63,405 nucleotides of DNA, filler included, from Reticulomyxa filosa (GCA_000512085.1; 16 parts of 16 records of this genome joined end to end with filler, not necessarily neighbours in it), one strand, 5' to 3'. Counted from the first letter of the whole stretch, positions 36,457-48,146 are shown. The notes: a model not told the origin generated them from the sequence alone. Numbers and translations are program-made.

Positions 36457-37815
36457 CAGTAGGTTGCATAAAAAACTTAAAACTTAAAATGCCACCTTAT
36501 GAAGATTATTGATTTTCTCCATGAAAAACAGACATTTAATACTAATTTTTTAAAAAATATCTACAAATGTTGTAGTTTTTACATTTAAAATTTTTTTTTC
36601 AGTGGACTTATAATTTTTTTTTTTAGTGTTGCTTTTAATGTAATTTTGAAAAATTTTTTAATTTTTTTTTTGCTGAAGTAAAATTTGTAATCTTTGATAT
36701 GGTCAAGCATATTAATTCTTTTAGAAAAGATGTTGTTGTTGGAATATTAACGGTTCGAGTCTTAGATATGTTGATCTAAAATTTGTTGTTAGTCCAGCAT
36801 CAGTAAGGAGCTGGGAGAATCTGTATAAGAATAATGGCAATACTGCCAGAAGGCTAGGATCTGGAAGATCCGAAAAGATTCCAGCCTGCATACAACGTAA
36901 AATTGTTAGGTGGTTGGTCTCTGGCAGGTGCGAAACAGCTAAGGTAATGAAAAAGATATTTGATGAAGATATTGAGATTCGTATTTCGTACGAAACTGTT
37001 ACAAGGACGCTCAAGAAGAAGGGTTTAATTGCTGTGACAAAGAAGAAAAAATCAAAACTAGAAGAAAGACATATCGTCATTTGCAAACAGGTACAAGTAT
37101 TGGACCGTGGATGATTGGAAAAAGGTTATTTTATAAGATGAAATAAAGATTAATTTGTGTGGAAGTGATAGTATCAAATATGCTTGTAAAAGTCCAGGTC
37201 AAGATTTGGTGGTGGTAGAATATAGTTGGGAAATGCTAAACATCATACAGTATTGTTTAGAAGATGAAAAGTACTTGTTGTTACAACAAGATAATGCCAT
37301 CTGCCACAAAAGTTAAAAAATCATGGAATGGCTTGAAGAAAATTACGTAAAGTTAATAAAATTTCCACCAAATTCTACTGATTTAAATCCAATTGAAAAC
37401 TTGTTGTGGATATTGAAAATTAAACTTTACAAAGATGCGAAATTTCGCACAAAACAACAATTATGAGAAAAATTCGAAACAATTTGGGAAAAAACAGAAA
37501 AAAGGCTATGCTACGACTTAATTGCTTCCATGACAAGAAGGATCCAAGCCTTAATTGATGCCAAATGAAAACCAACAAAATGATAACAAATAAAATTTTT
37601 AAGTTTTTTTGCTAAAATTACAAAAATCATATAAGAAAATAACATTTTTATCTACATCAAAAAAAAGTTATTCAAAAATCAATTCCACATTTAAAAACTA
37701 CAACATTTGTGGATTTTTTTAAAAAATTATGATCAAATATCTGTTTTTCATGGAGGAAATCAATAATCTTCATAAGGTGGCATTTTAGGTTTTCAGTTTT
37801 TTATGCAACCTACTG
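36457..37815 (+). mobile_element. Tc1/mariner DNA transposon (1359 bp) with both TIRs and a disrupted transposase
   Basis: TA|CAGTAGGTTGCATAAAAAACT...AGTTTTTTATGCAACCTACTG|TA; TIRs of ~130-150 bp. Transposase remnants: GSGRSEKI, ISYETVTRTLKKKGL, WTVDDWKKVI, QQDNAICHK, FPPNSTDLNPIENL. Confidence 0.93.
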
Positions 37816-37989
37816 TATAAATTTGAAATGATTTCAAATTATCTTATTATCTAAATTATCAAATACGAGACTAAATCATCTTTATCTCGCAAATCTTATT
37901 TATGATGTTTAATAAACAAAAAGAATTTGATTATAACTGATAAATAACGCAAGTGTAAATATTATCGATTATTGGTAGTATATTCTTGA

Positions 37990-38306
37990 AGAACTTCCAT
38001 AAATGACAAAACAAGATGTGCAAGCATTTCTGACCAAAGCAATTTCACGAAAATACTAAAAAATATGATGGATTGATAATAATAATTTGTGAACATTGAA
38101 AGAAAGGAAATATGTTCTTGACAAGAGATGAAAGCTCTTTATCAATCGACGAAATACGCACAATATTTAATTGCCATGAAATGGAATCTTTCAAAGATTT
38201 TCCAAAAATATTCATTGTTGATGTTTGTCGTAGTGAAAATAGTCCAATTTCTCATCAAACAACAACAAGAAGAACAAATATAAACAACAACATGCCATTT
38301 GGTTAA
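37990..38306 (+). pseudogene. Caspase-like (peptidase C14, p20) pseudogene
   Basis: KYDGLIIIIC-E-H-* (decayed C/S-x-HG) in frame with ...SIDEIRTIFN...FPKIFIVDVCRS (QACRG-type catalytic Cys). Confidence 0.72.
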
Positions 38307-38699
38307 CTACTCAAGGACATCAAATTGCTTATTTTTCATTGTTGACAAAGGTTACAATTCATTTAAGACTTTGTTGTTTTTATTTTGCGTTGAGTTATTT
38401 CTGTTTCTAAGTTTCAAATATTTGGAATATCCAATGGATTCAATTAATTATTTTGATCACAAGGAAGACAAGTGTGTAATATCTAACAGCATATAACATT
38501 CATCTTCCATTTCAAAATATTTCTTGTGTAACCTTAGTTCAGTTTTTCCTTTTATAAACAAAAGTTCAAGCAAAGATTATAAAGAAAAAACTAAAAAAAG
38601 TTACAAGAATGAACTTAAACTTATCAATCAAAGTTAAGTCCAGCTTGTCTTTAAGTTTTTATTCTTTATTTTACTTGTCGTTGTAATTTGTAATTGAAA

Positions 38700-39828
38700 C
38701 AGTCAAAAGAAAAAGAGATCCAAATCATTATTCATCATTGGATTCGAACATTCAATATTAGACTGGGATGGATCAAAGATTTTGATAAGCTCGTTGTTAA
38801 CTATGTCAGTTTGTTTTGTTTTTTTTCATTTAATCGATCAAAATAATTATTTATTTAACATAGGCATCTACTTTCTTTATGTTTGACATATTTCGCTCAT
38901 CATCAAAATTAATCAATACATTCACTGGACATACTAGTTATGTGTATAGTATTGATTATTCAACGTTTGATGATTGTCAATTCATTTGTTCTGGATCAGA
39001 TGATGGAACAGTTCGTGTGTGGGATGTTGATAATAACAAACAATTTCAATCATTCAATGGACATTCAAAACGTGTGAATTGTGTGAAATTTTCATCATAT
39101 CATTATCATAATAATCAAAATGTCATTTGTTCTTCATCATGGGACAGAACCATTCGTTTTTGGGATTTCAAACATAATAAACAATTACAAATATTCAAAG
39201 GACACACTAGTGGTGTTTGTGGAATTGAATTTTCATCATTTAATGGTGGTAGATATTTGTGTTCTGGATTACTTGACAAAACTATTCGTTTATGGGATGT
39301 TGAAACATACAAATTATTACATGTTTTCAATGGACATAAAAATATTGTTTGGTGTGTTGATATTTCACCATTACAAAGCAATAATAACAATGATAATAAT
39401 AAAATGAATAATATTGGTGTGATTGGTGGAAATGGATATACAATTTGTTCTGGATCATTTGATCAAACTATTCGAATATGGGATATTGAAACGATCAAGC
39501 AGTTCAATGTATTCAAAGGACATACAAATTTGATTAGNNNNNNNNNNNNNNNNNNNNNNNNNNNNNNNNNNNNNNNNNNNNTTAATTAATTAANNNNNNN
39601 NNNNNNNNNNNNNNNNNNNNNNNNNNNNNNNNNNNNNCAATTCGATTTTGGGATATTCGATCAAATAAGAATGAATTGAATGTAATGGAAGTAGACGAAG
39701 GAGTACTCTGTCTTAAATTTACGGAATCAAAAAAGAAAGTAAATGACAATGAACAAAAATTAAACGGTGATTTATGCGTGAATTTATATTATGGTTCAAA
39801 TAAAGGTCTAATTTGTGTTTGGGGATGA
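38700..39828 (+). CDS. WD40-repeat protein of the expanded family (spans the gap at 39538-39637)
   Basis: EKEIQIIIHHWIRTFNIRLGWIKDFDKLVVNY exon; repeats such as GHTSYV...CSGSDDGTVRVWD; the family C-terminus IRFWDIRSNKNE...ICVWG* follows the gap. Confidence 0.85.
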
Positions 39829-42457
39829 ATACATCAATAAGAGTTTGTTTTGAATATTTACACTAAGGTAAAAAGAGAACTAATAATTATTTTCACTACA
39901 TTTTTTTCAAGTCAATTATTTTATTATTTTTGATCAAAAAGCAAGTATTAAATTTGGATAAATGAAAGACTATACTTCAATTTACACCACTTAATTTTTT
40001 TATTAAAATAGAATAGATTTTTGTTTATATACGCTTTGTTGTAATTTGAAATAATGTCATATTCTAGAATATCGCATAATCTATATAAACATAATGATAA
40101 TTACGCCTTACAAAAAAAGAAATATTAAAAAAATTGAAAAATTTAAATTGAATATTTCACCTTATTGTTTTTATTTTTGTTGAATCAATAAAAAATAGTT
40201 GATTCAAATACCGACAAGACATTACCATCAAATTCTTTCTATTACTTAGCAATCCACTTTCGTTTGTAATCATCAATTGTCATTTGAAAAACATTTCATT
40301 GTTTATATTGAATATTGTAACACAGTCAAAAGCTGTTAATTATCACCTTTTTATTCTGCAAATATTTGAATGTAGAAAAAATATATATATGAATAGCTTT
40401 TTTAAAAAATTGTAAACGATATAACAGAAAAAATCGTCGTATGTAATTATTCTATTGTTTCAAATATGAAAAAAAGACACAATTTCTTTACCACCCCTTA
40501 GTTACAATACAATTACCTTTTTTGCGGTGTTACTTCTTTCAATAATTGATTAAAATGCTGCAGCGCACTTTCTGTAAATACGACTGTTTCTATCTATAGC
40601 AGATCATATACACTGTTATTATTTGGAATTTTTTTAAGAAACAAATCAACAATACTTATACGTCCATCAACTTCCAAAGTAATATTGTGATACAATTAAT
40701 TGCAAATCAATTAATTGCTATGATCTTTTATTAACTACAAAAAAAAATCTCCCTAAAACGAACTGACGCAAAAATTTGCAATCTAATTTAGAAAAAAAAA
40801 CTTTTCAAACTTTTGCTTAAATGAAATATATACCATGATGAGCCCAAAAATGTATTTTATTTTTAATAAAATAGACCAAATTAGNNNNNNNNNNNNNNNN
40901 NNNNNNNNNNNNNNNNNNNNNNNNNNNNTTAATTAATTAANNNNNNNNNNNNNNNNNNNNNNNNNNNNNNNNNNNNNNNNNNNNAAAAAAAAAAGTGCAA
41001 TAGAAAAAAAAGTAAAAAAGAGAAAAAAAGATAGGAAAAAGAAGATGAAAAAAAAAGAAAAAAAAAAAAGAAAAAAAAGTTCAATAAATGTAAATGAAAA
41101 AAGGGAAATTGTTCCCTAAAAACGAAGAATGTATGCGTACGGTTACACGCACGAACGTATCAACCAACGCGCAGAAGAAAAGGTCCTGTACGAGTGGCCG
41201 AGTTAGTGGAAAATTCTGGAAAGCAAGCCAATGTCAATGCCAAGCAAAAAGATTGTCGTCGGGCGCCATTTACGCCAATTTCAATAAACTTGTTCGCCGT
41301 CAATGTATGCACAAGTCTCTAATTCTTCAGATTGCCGCTACCGATCGTTCATAACCTTCAGAAGATTCAATTGGTGCGCACAAACTTTTCATCATACAAG
41401 TGAAAATTGATCATTGTGAATGATATAATTTTATACTTTGGGCGATTGGTCTACTTTTCACGATTATTGCTCTCGAACTGGCCATACATGCACGTATTCG
41501 CAACGGTGAAACTTTGCTCATAAGTTTGTCGATTGTAGGCACCAGCACGCAAGAAAGAAAAATTAGAACAATGAGGACGGCGATAATGAAGAGAAGAAAA
41601 GAATTACTAGTCCGTATTGCGTTTTATTTATTTAAAAAAAAAAACAATTAGTCGAACGGAGAAGTCGAAGGCGACGAAGAAAATAGAGTGGAAGTTGCAG
41701 GAAACACCTGTTCATGGCGATCGAGCGACTAAATCGTGATAGTCGGCCATGTGGAAATTACTCAATCGGTGGAAGAGTTGTGCGAAACTCGTGCCAAGAT
41801 CAGAAAGCAAGATGCGGAAGATCATGTGAGAATGAGGAGGATGTGAAGAAAAGAAAAATAATGTTAAGCGCTTACCTGTTAAATTTGTTTTTTTTTTTTT
41901 TAAAAACCAATTAGTCTGACGCCTTTGTTCAATTTGCGTATTTCCGGTCAAGAAGAAAAATTCCGTTAACAAATTCGCCACTTACGTACGTGGGCCAGCC
42001 TCAAATATCGTGTCCAAATGAAAAATGAAAGTGGCAATTTCAAGTAGTAGCAGAAAGAACGTTTGCGGTCAACATTGGCCTATAAAAGTGTCTGCGGATA
42101 ATTGTTGGATAGACACAGCACCAACGATTGCATTTCGACGTTTTCTACAGTCGCCAACGAACAATGATCACTAGATCATTCTAGAAATTGTGCTACTTCT
42201 GTTAGTGAAGATATCAAGCACTAGTACCGAAACTGGCTGTGTGCGTGCGCACATGCGCAACTTGGACGGCACTCGAAGAAAGCGAAAAAGAAGAACGTTA
42301 GCGAATACGTCCAAAAAAAAAAAAAATTACGAATGATAGCCTTTACCCATCGTATCGNNNNNNNNNNNNNNNNNNNNNNNNNNNNNNNNNNNNNNNNNNN
42401 NTTAATTAATTAANNNNNNNNNNNNNNNNNNNNNNNNNNNNNNNNNNNNNNNNNNNN

Positions 42458-42531
42458 TTTCTTTTTACTGAAATTACTTTTCGGAACTCAGTTTCCTTTC
42501 GTATTACACTTAGTCTCTCAATATTCCTACA
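42458..42531 (+). mobile_element. 3' part of an LTR of the same family
   Basis: tactttcggaactcagtttcctttcgtattacacttagtctctcaatattcctaca is nearly identical to 15265-15324. Confidence 0.85.
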
Positions 42532-43218
42532 GAAGGATCAAAAAACAAAGTAATTATTGTTTTTGCTAGTGTTAAGTTGAAACAAAAAATCATTATTTTT
42601 GCTTATAAAACAAAAGAAGATATTATTCAATCTCAAAGCCTTTTTTCATATTCTATCAAAGGAGAAAGCTATATTTATCGATTATTCGTTTTATAAATCT
42701 TATGAAATAAATTCAAAAATAATTTAATTTCACTATTAATAACTATTTATTTGCATTTGACAAGATAATATTTTTTCGCTATTTGTGATATTGTAACTTT
42801 TTGATATAATTTCTTCTTTGTATATTCTTTAAATCTATATTATAATAAAGTCCAACGCATACATAATCATAAATAACGTTGAACAATACAATTTGTATAA
42901 CTTACAACTAAACTTTAATGAACAAGTAATCTTGTTATCTAGTCACTTCGTCAGTTTTCGTGTTTGAGGTTTTCGTAAATGTAACTTAAGTCACTTTGTG
43001 AGTTGATAAAAAGAAAACATTACACATTTAAAAAAAAAAATAGAACCACACCCTTTTTGAATCTCCCTTTTGACTCAATTTTTTTGATAGGAAAACATAC
43101 ACTACAAGACCCTATTGATGAAATTTCACTTTATGATTTTTTTTATGGTAGCAAATAGAATATTTGTAAAAGGAATAGTAAAATATTTGCTTTTTGATTT
43201 TTTTTTCCCAAGAGTTCT

Positions 43219-44052
43219 ATGAAGTCCCCTTTCGTCTCTTCACTAATCAATCATAGTATGAATAGCAATGAAGAATCCAGGGAAAACTTTGATTTTCCCT
43301 TTTCCCCGGAGGATTTCACAAATCCATTTCAAAATTTGGTGCTTGACCTGTCAAATCAACTGCAGTCATTAGACACGTGGTTGAAATGCAGACAATTGAA
43401 CGTGAACCCGTCTGACCTGGACGACCTGAGTAAGGTCGAAGTACGTCTGTCAGCAATGGAAGCCTGTGTGAGCAAAATGGACAACCTGACGTCAAACGAA
43501 GAGAAAGCATTGAAATTTATGGAAAGGATGTTGAAGCAGTGTGAATTGCAAAACGAACGACTTTGCGAAATTGAAAAGAATTTGCCAAAGCATTTGCCGT
43601 ACGTTCCAATCAAAAACAACACGCCAAAGAACCAAGAGAACATCCATCCCAATATCATGGCCGGTATGTCGACGACAACAACAGCAACAGCAACAATGAC
43701 AACGATGACGAATGCAATGGCATCAGCTCCTTCCTCGGTTCCTTCTTCTTCGCGTGGACGAGAAGAGAACCTGTATGAGAAAAAAGCCAATAACGGCAAT
43801 CGTAGGAGCAGTTCCAGACCGGGCAAACGAGATAAATCTGGTGCACATGCCACAACGTCGCTCGCTGTGTCCCAATTGCAACCGGTTTCGATGGAAGAAA
43901 TGTCAACTATCCCCAAATATATGAGGGGACGTCTGACGCAAGAGCGCATCAACGATTGCATCGCCAAAATTAATCTTGAAATCATTAAGAAATATCAAAT
44001 CTTGCATGGCAATTCCGATAAAATGTCCAGTCATGAAATGGAACTCTATGCT
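43219..44052 (+). CDS. SKA1: Spindle and kinetochore-associated protein 1 (partial, 3' end in the gap)
   Basis: N-terminal coiled coil, disordered linker, then the start of the microtubule-binding domain: VSMEEMSTIPKYMRGRLTQERINDCIAKINLEIIKKYQIL. Confidence 0.85.
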
Positions 44053-45526
44053 GTTATAATTTTTTTTTTTTTTNNNNNNNNNNNNNNNNNNNNNNNNNNN
44101 NNNNNNNNNNNNNNNNNTTAATTAATTAANNNNNNNNNNNNNNNNNNNNNNNNNNNNNNNNNNNNNNNNNNNNTTTTTTTTAAATTATTGTCATTATTTT
44201 GCAAAGTGTGAAAAAGCTTGTGTTGTGATTTTTTTTTCTCTCGTTTTTTTGTCACGATGAAATTGAGGGGAGGGGGAAACAGCAGTCATCTTTATGCTTG
44301 GCTGGTTCTATGAAGATGAAGGTTGGTTTGACTCGCTTTGTTTATGTGAGGATTCATGAAATGTGTTTTTCAGATAATGTTTTTTTTTTTTGTTTGGTTT
44401 TTTCTGTTATTTTTTCTTTTGCTCTATTTTTTTTTTCCTTCTTTTCTTTGGGTTGATTTTTTCTTTGTTGCCTTTATTATTATTTTTTTTTTCTGGTATT
44501 TTTTTTTAAGATTTTCCTTTCAAAAAACATCAATAGCTACAACTGTTGCTGTTTTGACGAGAGTAACTGTTTTTGATTCTTTCGCGTTTTTACGCGTCTC
44601 GACGACAACAAATGATGAGTAAGCATAGCTTACGTACATTCTGTTCCTTTTGGCTTTAGAAGAGATGGTGTCAATGGTTTTTTTGTTGTTGTTGTTCATA
44701 TCGTTTTGTTTTTTAAATTTTTTTTTGCTGTACTATTTGTAATTTTATTTTTTTTTTCTTTTGGAACATAAAAAAAGATATTGATTTCATCGGTTTTTTT
44801 TCTTTGGTTTTTTGGCAAAGGTCTTTTGTTTGCTTTTTTAGCCTATGGCAATTATTTTCATATTATTTTTTTTAATAAAAAAGGATAAAGAAAAAAACAA
44901 CCTTTATTATTTTTTGTGTGACTGGTTTTTGCTGTTGGTTTTTGAATATTTGTTTTTCTGCTATGTAACATTGTTGAATACATCTCTTTGATTGGTTTTT
45001 TAATATTTGGCTTGTTTGATCCCATTTGCTAAAATACAATAAATAAATGTTTATGTCAGAGCCAAGCAAGAAAATAAAGAAGGGGAAAAAAATGAGTGAT
45101 ATTTGTTTGTTTGCTCGGCTTTTGTTGATTTTTTCCTTTAAAAAAAATACGAAAAAAAGTTTTGGTTTGAATTTTACTCAGTAGTTTGAAAAGTTCATTC
45201 CTATGATATAAATAATATGCTGTTTGTGAATTTTCAATAACTGGCTAAATTTTTTCAACATGAAAGGTTCCACTTGATGTTTTATCGAAACATTTTTTTA
45301 CTTCGAGACAAACAATAAATGAAACTTGTAAACACAAATGTCTCTTGTACACAAGCCGTTGTGCACAAAGGATTAAATCTAAGTGCAACCCTGGTCAAGC
45401 GTGTCACTGACACACATCACAATTTTTTGCTTGTGTGCAAAACCAAATAAAGTACATAGTGCTTGCAAAAATCGATAATGTTTAATCTCGACAATCCGTT
45501 GTCAAGGAGTGAGGCTTTGAATTTTA

Positions 45527-46348
45527 TCAACACTTTTGATTTTTTGACGATAGCTGTTTGGAATAGAATTTTTGGTGGTAGTCTTCGGCCTTATAAAAAT
45601 CTCCCAACGATTCGACTGTTGTATATACTTTACATTTATTTTCTTTTTCCAGAGATTCAATTTTGGCCTGAATTAGTGATTTTTGTTTTTCATTTTGGTA
45701 CCACACTCCACTTTTGTATTGTGCTTTTTTGTCTTTGAATGTGTAATGATGCCCTTCAAAAAATAGATCGAGCAATTTCTCATATGCTATTACTTCTGGG
45801 TTAAATTTCACTTGCACTACCTCCGTGTGGTCACCCATTTCGCCATAGTTTGGAAACTTTGTTGTCCCTGTGTTTTTTTTGTACTTATCATTTATCTTTG
45901 TTCATATGATCAACAAAATCTTTTTGGTTGACCCGTCTCAAACTTCGACAACTATATGCATACCTCCCGTATACCCAACCTATTGAATTTACACATTTCT
46001 TCTTTTATTTTGTCCCAATATAAATCAAACAACTACCATACAATTTATTCTTGGAAACACTTAACTCTTGTCCACTCTACTCCCTATGTCAGAAGTTGCA
46101 TATTAAATCAAGACAAAAAATGCTATTTAGATCAGTTATATGCCTTTTTTGATCTTCACAAAACTTTTATGGCAGAGAATCGGGCATCGGGACCCCAAAA
46201 TCTATTGTGTTGTTATAGAGCTGGTCTTTTTTGTTAGTGACAGTGAAGAGAAAAATAATGTCTTCACGTACCATCCCATGCCAAAAGTTGCAACATTCTC
46301 TGGAGTTTCAACAAGAGGACATTTTGGTGTCTCAACAAGTTTAGTCAT
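45527..46348 (-). CDS. MSRA: Peptide methionine sulfoxide reductase A, predicted selenoprotein (catalytic Sec), 5 exons, ~162 aa
   Basis: Exons 46272-46348, 46165-46201, 46066-46083, 45964-45979 and 45527-45867, all GT-AG, give ...ATFGMG-U-FWGPDARFSAIKGVEWTRVGYTGGTTKFPNYGEMGDHTEVVQV...QYKSG...FYKAEDYHQKF. The catalytic codon is TG|A across intron 46202-46271. Confidence 0.9.
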
Positions 46349-46717
46349 TACTATTTTACTCGTGTACTTTGCGTTCTCCTTTTTAAAAGCCTTTGATTTC
46401 TTCCATAGTGTAAAGTTGGAGCTTTTTTACTAATGTTATCGAATATTTTGTCAACTTTGAATAGCTTATTCAGTTTTATTTGATAGGTCTTTTTTGTTAA
46501 AAAGATACTGTTTTATTTTTACTAAATGTCAGTACATTTGAGATTAGAACTATACGCTTATAAGTTTGACGAAGTGTGATTTTCTTTTGCAAGTCTGTAT
46601 GTTTGGGACATTCCCCTGAATGGAAGAAAATTGAAAAAGACTCAGTTGTTTTTGCACAAAACTCTAGTGACACAAAAAGTTTGTCATTCACTAAAAAAAA
46701 AAAACAACTAACACCAA

Positions 46718-47576
46718 CTACTTTTCATTATTTTTTTCGTCATTGTCAGGAGTGGACTTGTCAGTGGAAGCACAACTCTTGACCAACGACGGAGTAGGGA
46801 CAACAACTTCATCAGCTTCTTCGGCGACGCATGTTAATGGAAAAATAGGTCCATCTTTGTTTAAATATGTACCCCAGTGAACTAATTCTTCCCCTCTTAT
46901 TTTTGGTAGTTGTGCGAACTCGTCCACAGTCATCCATTTGGCCTCCACCGAATGTTCATCCGGTTTCGATTTCAACTCTTGTTTGTCGTCCAAAGGCTCC
47001 GCATAAAAGATTATCCGCAAACGAGCATTGTGTGTGTTATGCGTATGTTCCATCCGAAGAAATCCTTTGATTACGATATCAATTCCTGCCTCCTCTTTGC
47101 ACTCTCTTTTTGCACCGTCGATAAATGGCTCGCCTTTTTTTTTTATTGTCCCCCGCCACTCCTCAATTATAACAAAATTTTTTTTGTTTGTTTTGTTTTT
47201 GTCCTCTCTCTCTGAATTGTTGTTGTCAAATTCATCACACGAAAAACAATCATTCAATTATTTTTTCGATCAATCGCACCTGGATCTACCCAACCTATTT
47301 TCATTGTTTTGTTGATTTGTAGCATTTGTTGTTTATTGCTCATCACACACCTCTTTCAATTCGTCATCACGTGCAATGAACTTACCGGCTGGTATCCACC
47401 TTTTATATATCGGTTGTTTGTATTTATTTGTCCAAAAAAAAAAAAAAAATTTTTTCTTTGTACCATCCTCGATTTTTGGTTTCATTCACTGCCAAGTATT
47501 TGCCTTCTTTATTGCGGCAAATTACTACTGCAAAATTCCACGTTGGACAACCTTGAGTTCGAGAATAAGTTGCCAT
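46718..47576 (-). CDS. Nudix hydrolase, NUDT18/MTH3-like, multi-exon with micro-exons
   Basis: Spliced YLAVNETKNRGW|WIPAG|WVDPG|EPFIDGAKRECKEEAGI gives the Nudix box GX5EX7REXXEEXG. Micro-exon boundaries are approximate. Confidence 0.82.
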
Positions 47577-48146
47577 ACTATTCAATAAGAAGTTCAAGTT
47601 TTTTAAAAAAACTGCGCTTCCTTTGAAAAGCACGACTTACTCACGCAGTGTTGGTTATAATCAAAAACTGTTTCTTTTTATTTTCCTATGTCTTGCATGT
47701 CATTGAAATGAAGCAATAAAACCCATGTGCAACACTTGAGTAGCTTCTGATAATGCTCAAGACAGAACAGCAGCATGGTGGATTGAGTGAAAGATACAGT
47801 GTTAGAAGGATTTTGTGAAAATACAAGCAAAATATTACACCAAAAAATTGCCAAGAATGGCATTCAAAATGTTAAAGCTTCTGTTTCTAGTGCCAACTAT
47901 GCACACGAAAAACATAAATGTTTGCAATTCCATAAACACTAAACTCAAAACACGTAATACACAAGGGCAAAAACATAAACAAGAAACAAAACAAAAATTT
48001 CAATAGCATGAAATCCTTGCAAATTATTGTTTTGTTTGTACGGTAGAATGTTCACAACCAAAAAAAAAAAAATCACAACAATACAAAAAACCGGAAGATC
48101 AGAGAGCGATCAAAGGAGCACAATTAAAATTTTTTTTTTTTTTTTT

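Noticed and set aside
38097-38099. In-frame TGA in the caspase-like relic as Sec
   Set aside because: It aligns to the Gly of the HG motif, not a Cys, and the region has other disabling changes.
44356-44622. Phe-rich 'membrane protein' ORFs (also 15732-15914 and 58827-59342)
   Set aside because: Translations of T-rich low-complexity non-coding tracts.
45460-45500. CGGA-TTGTCGAGATT-AAA...GATTTTTGCAA as a GGA-type SECIS
   Set aside because: The spacing to AAA fits, but the 3' side reads GC rather than the required GA and the helix is weak.
46202-46230. Alternative MsrA intron-1 acceptors that would give Cys instead of TGA
   Set aside because: accag|C gives TGC but then TCT ATA ACA CAA TAG (stop); aaaaag|A gives TGA followed by TAA. 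Only aatag|A restores FWGP.
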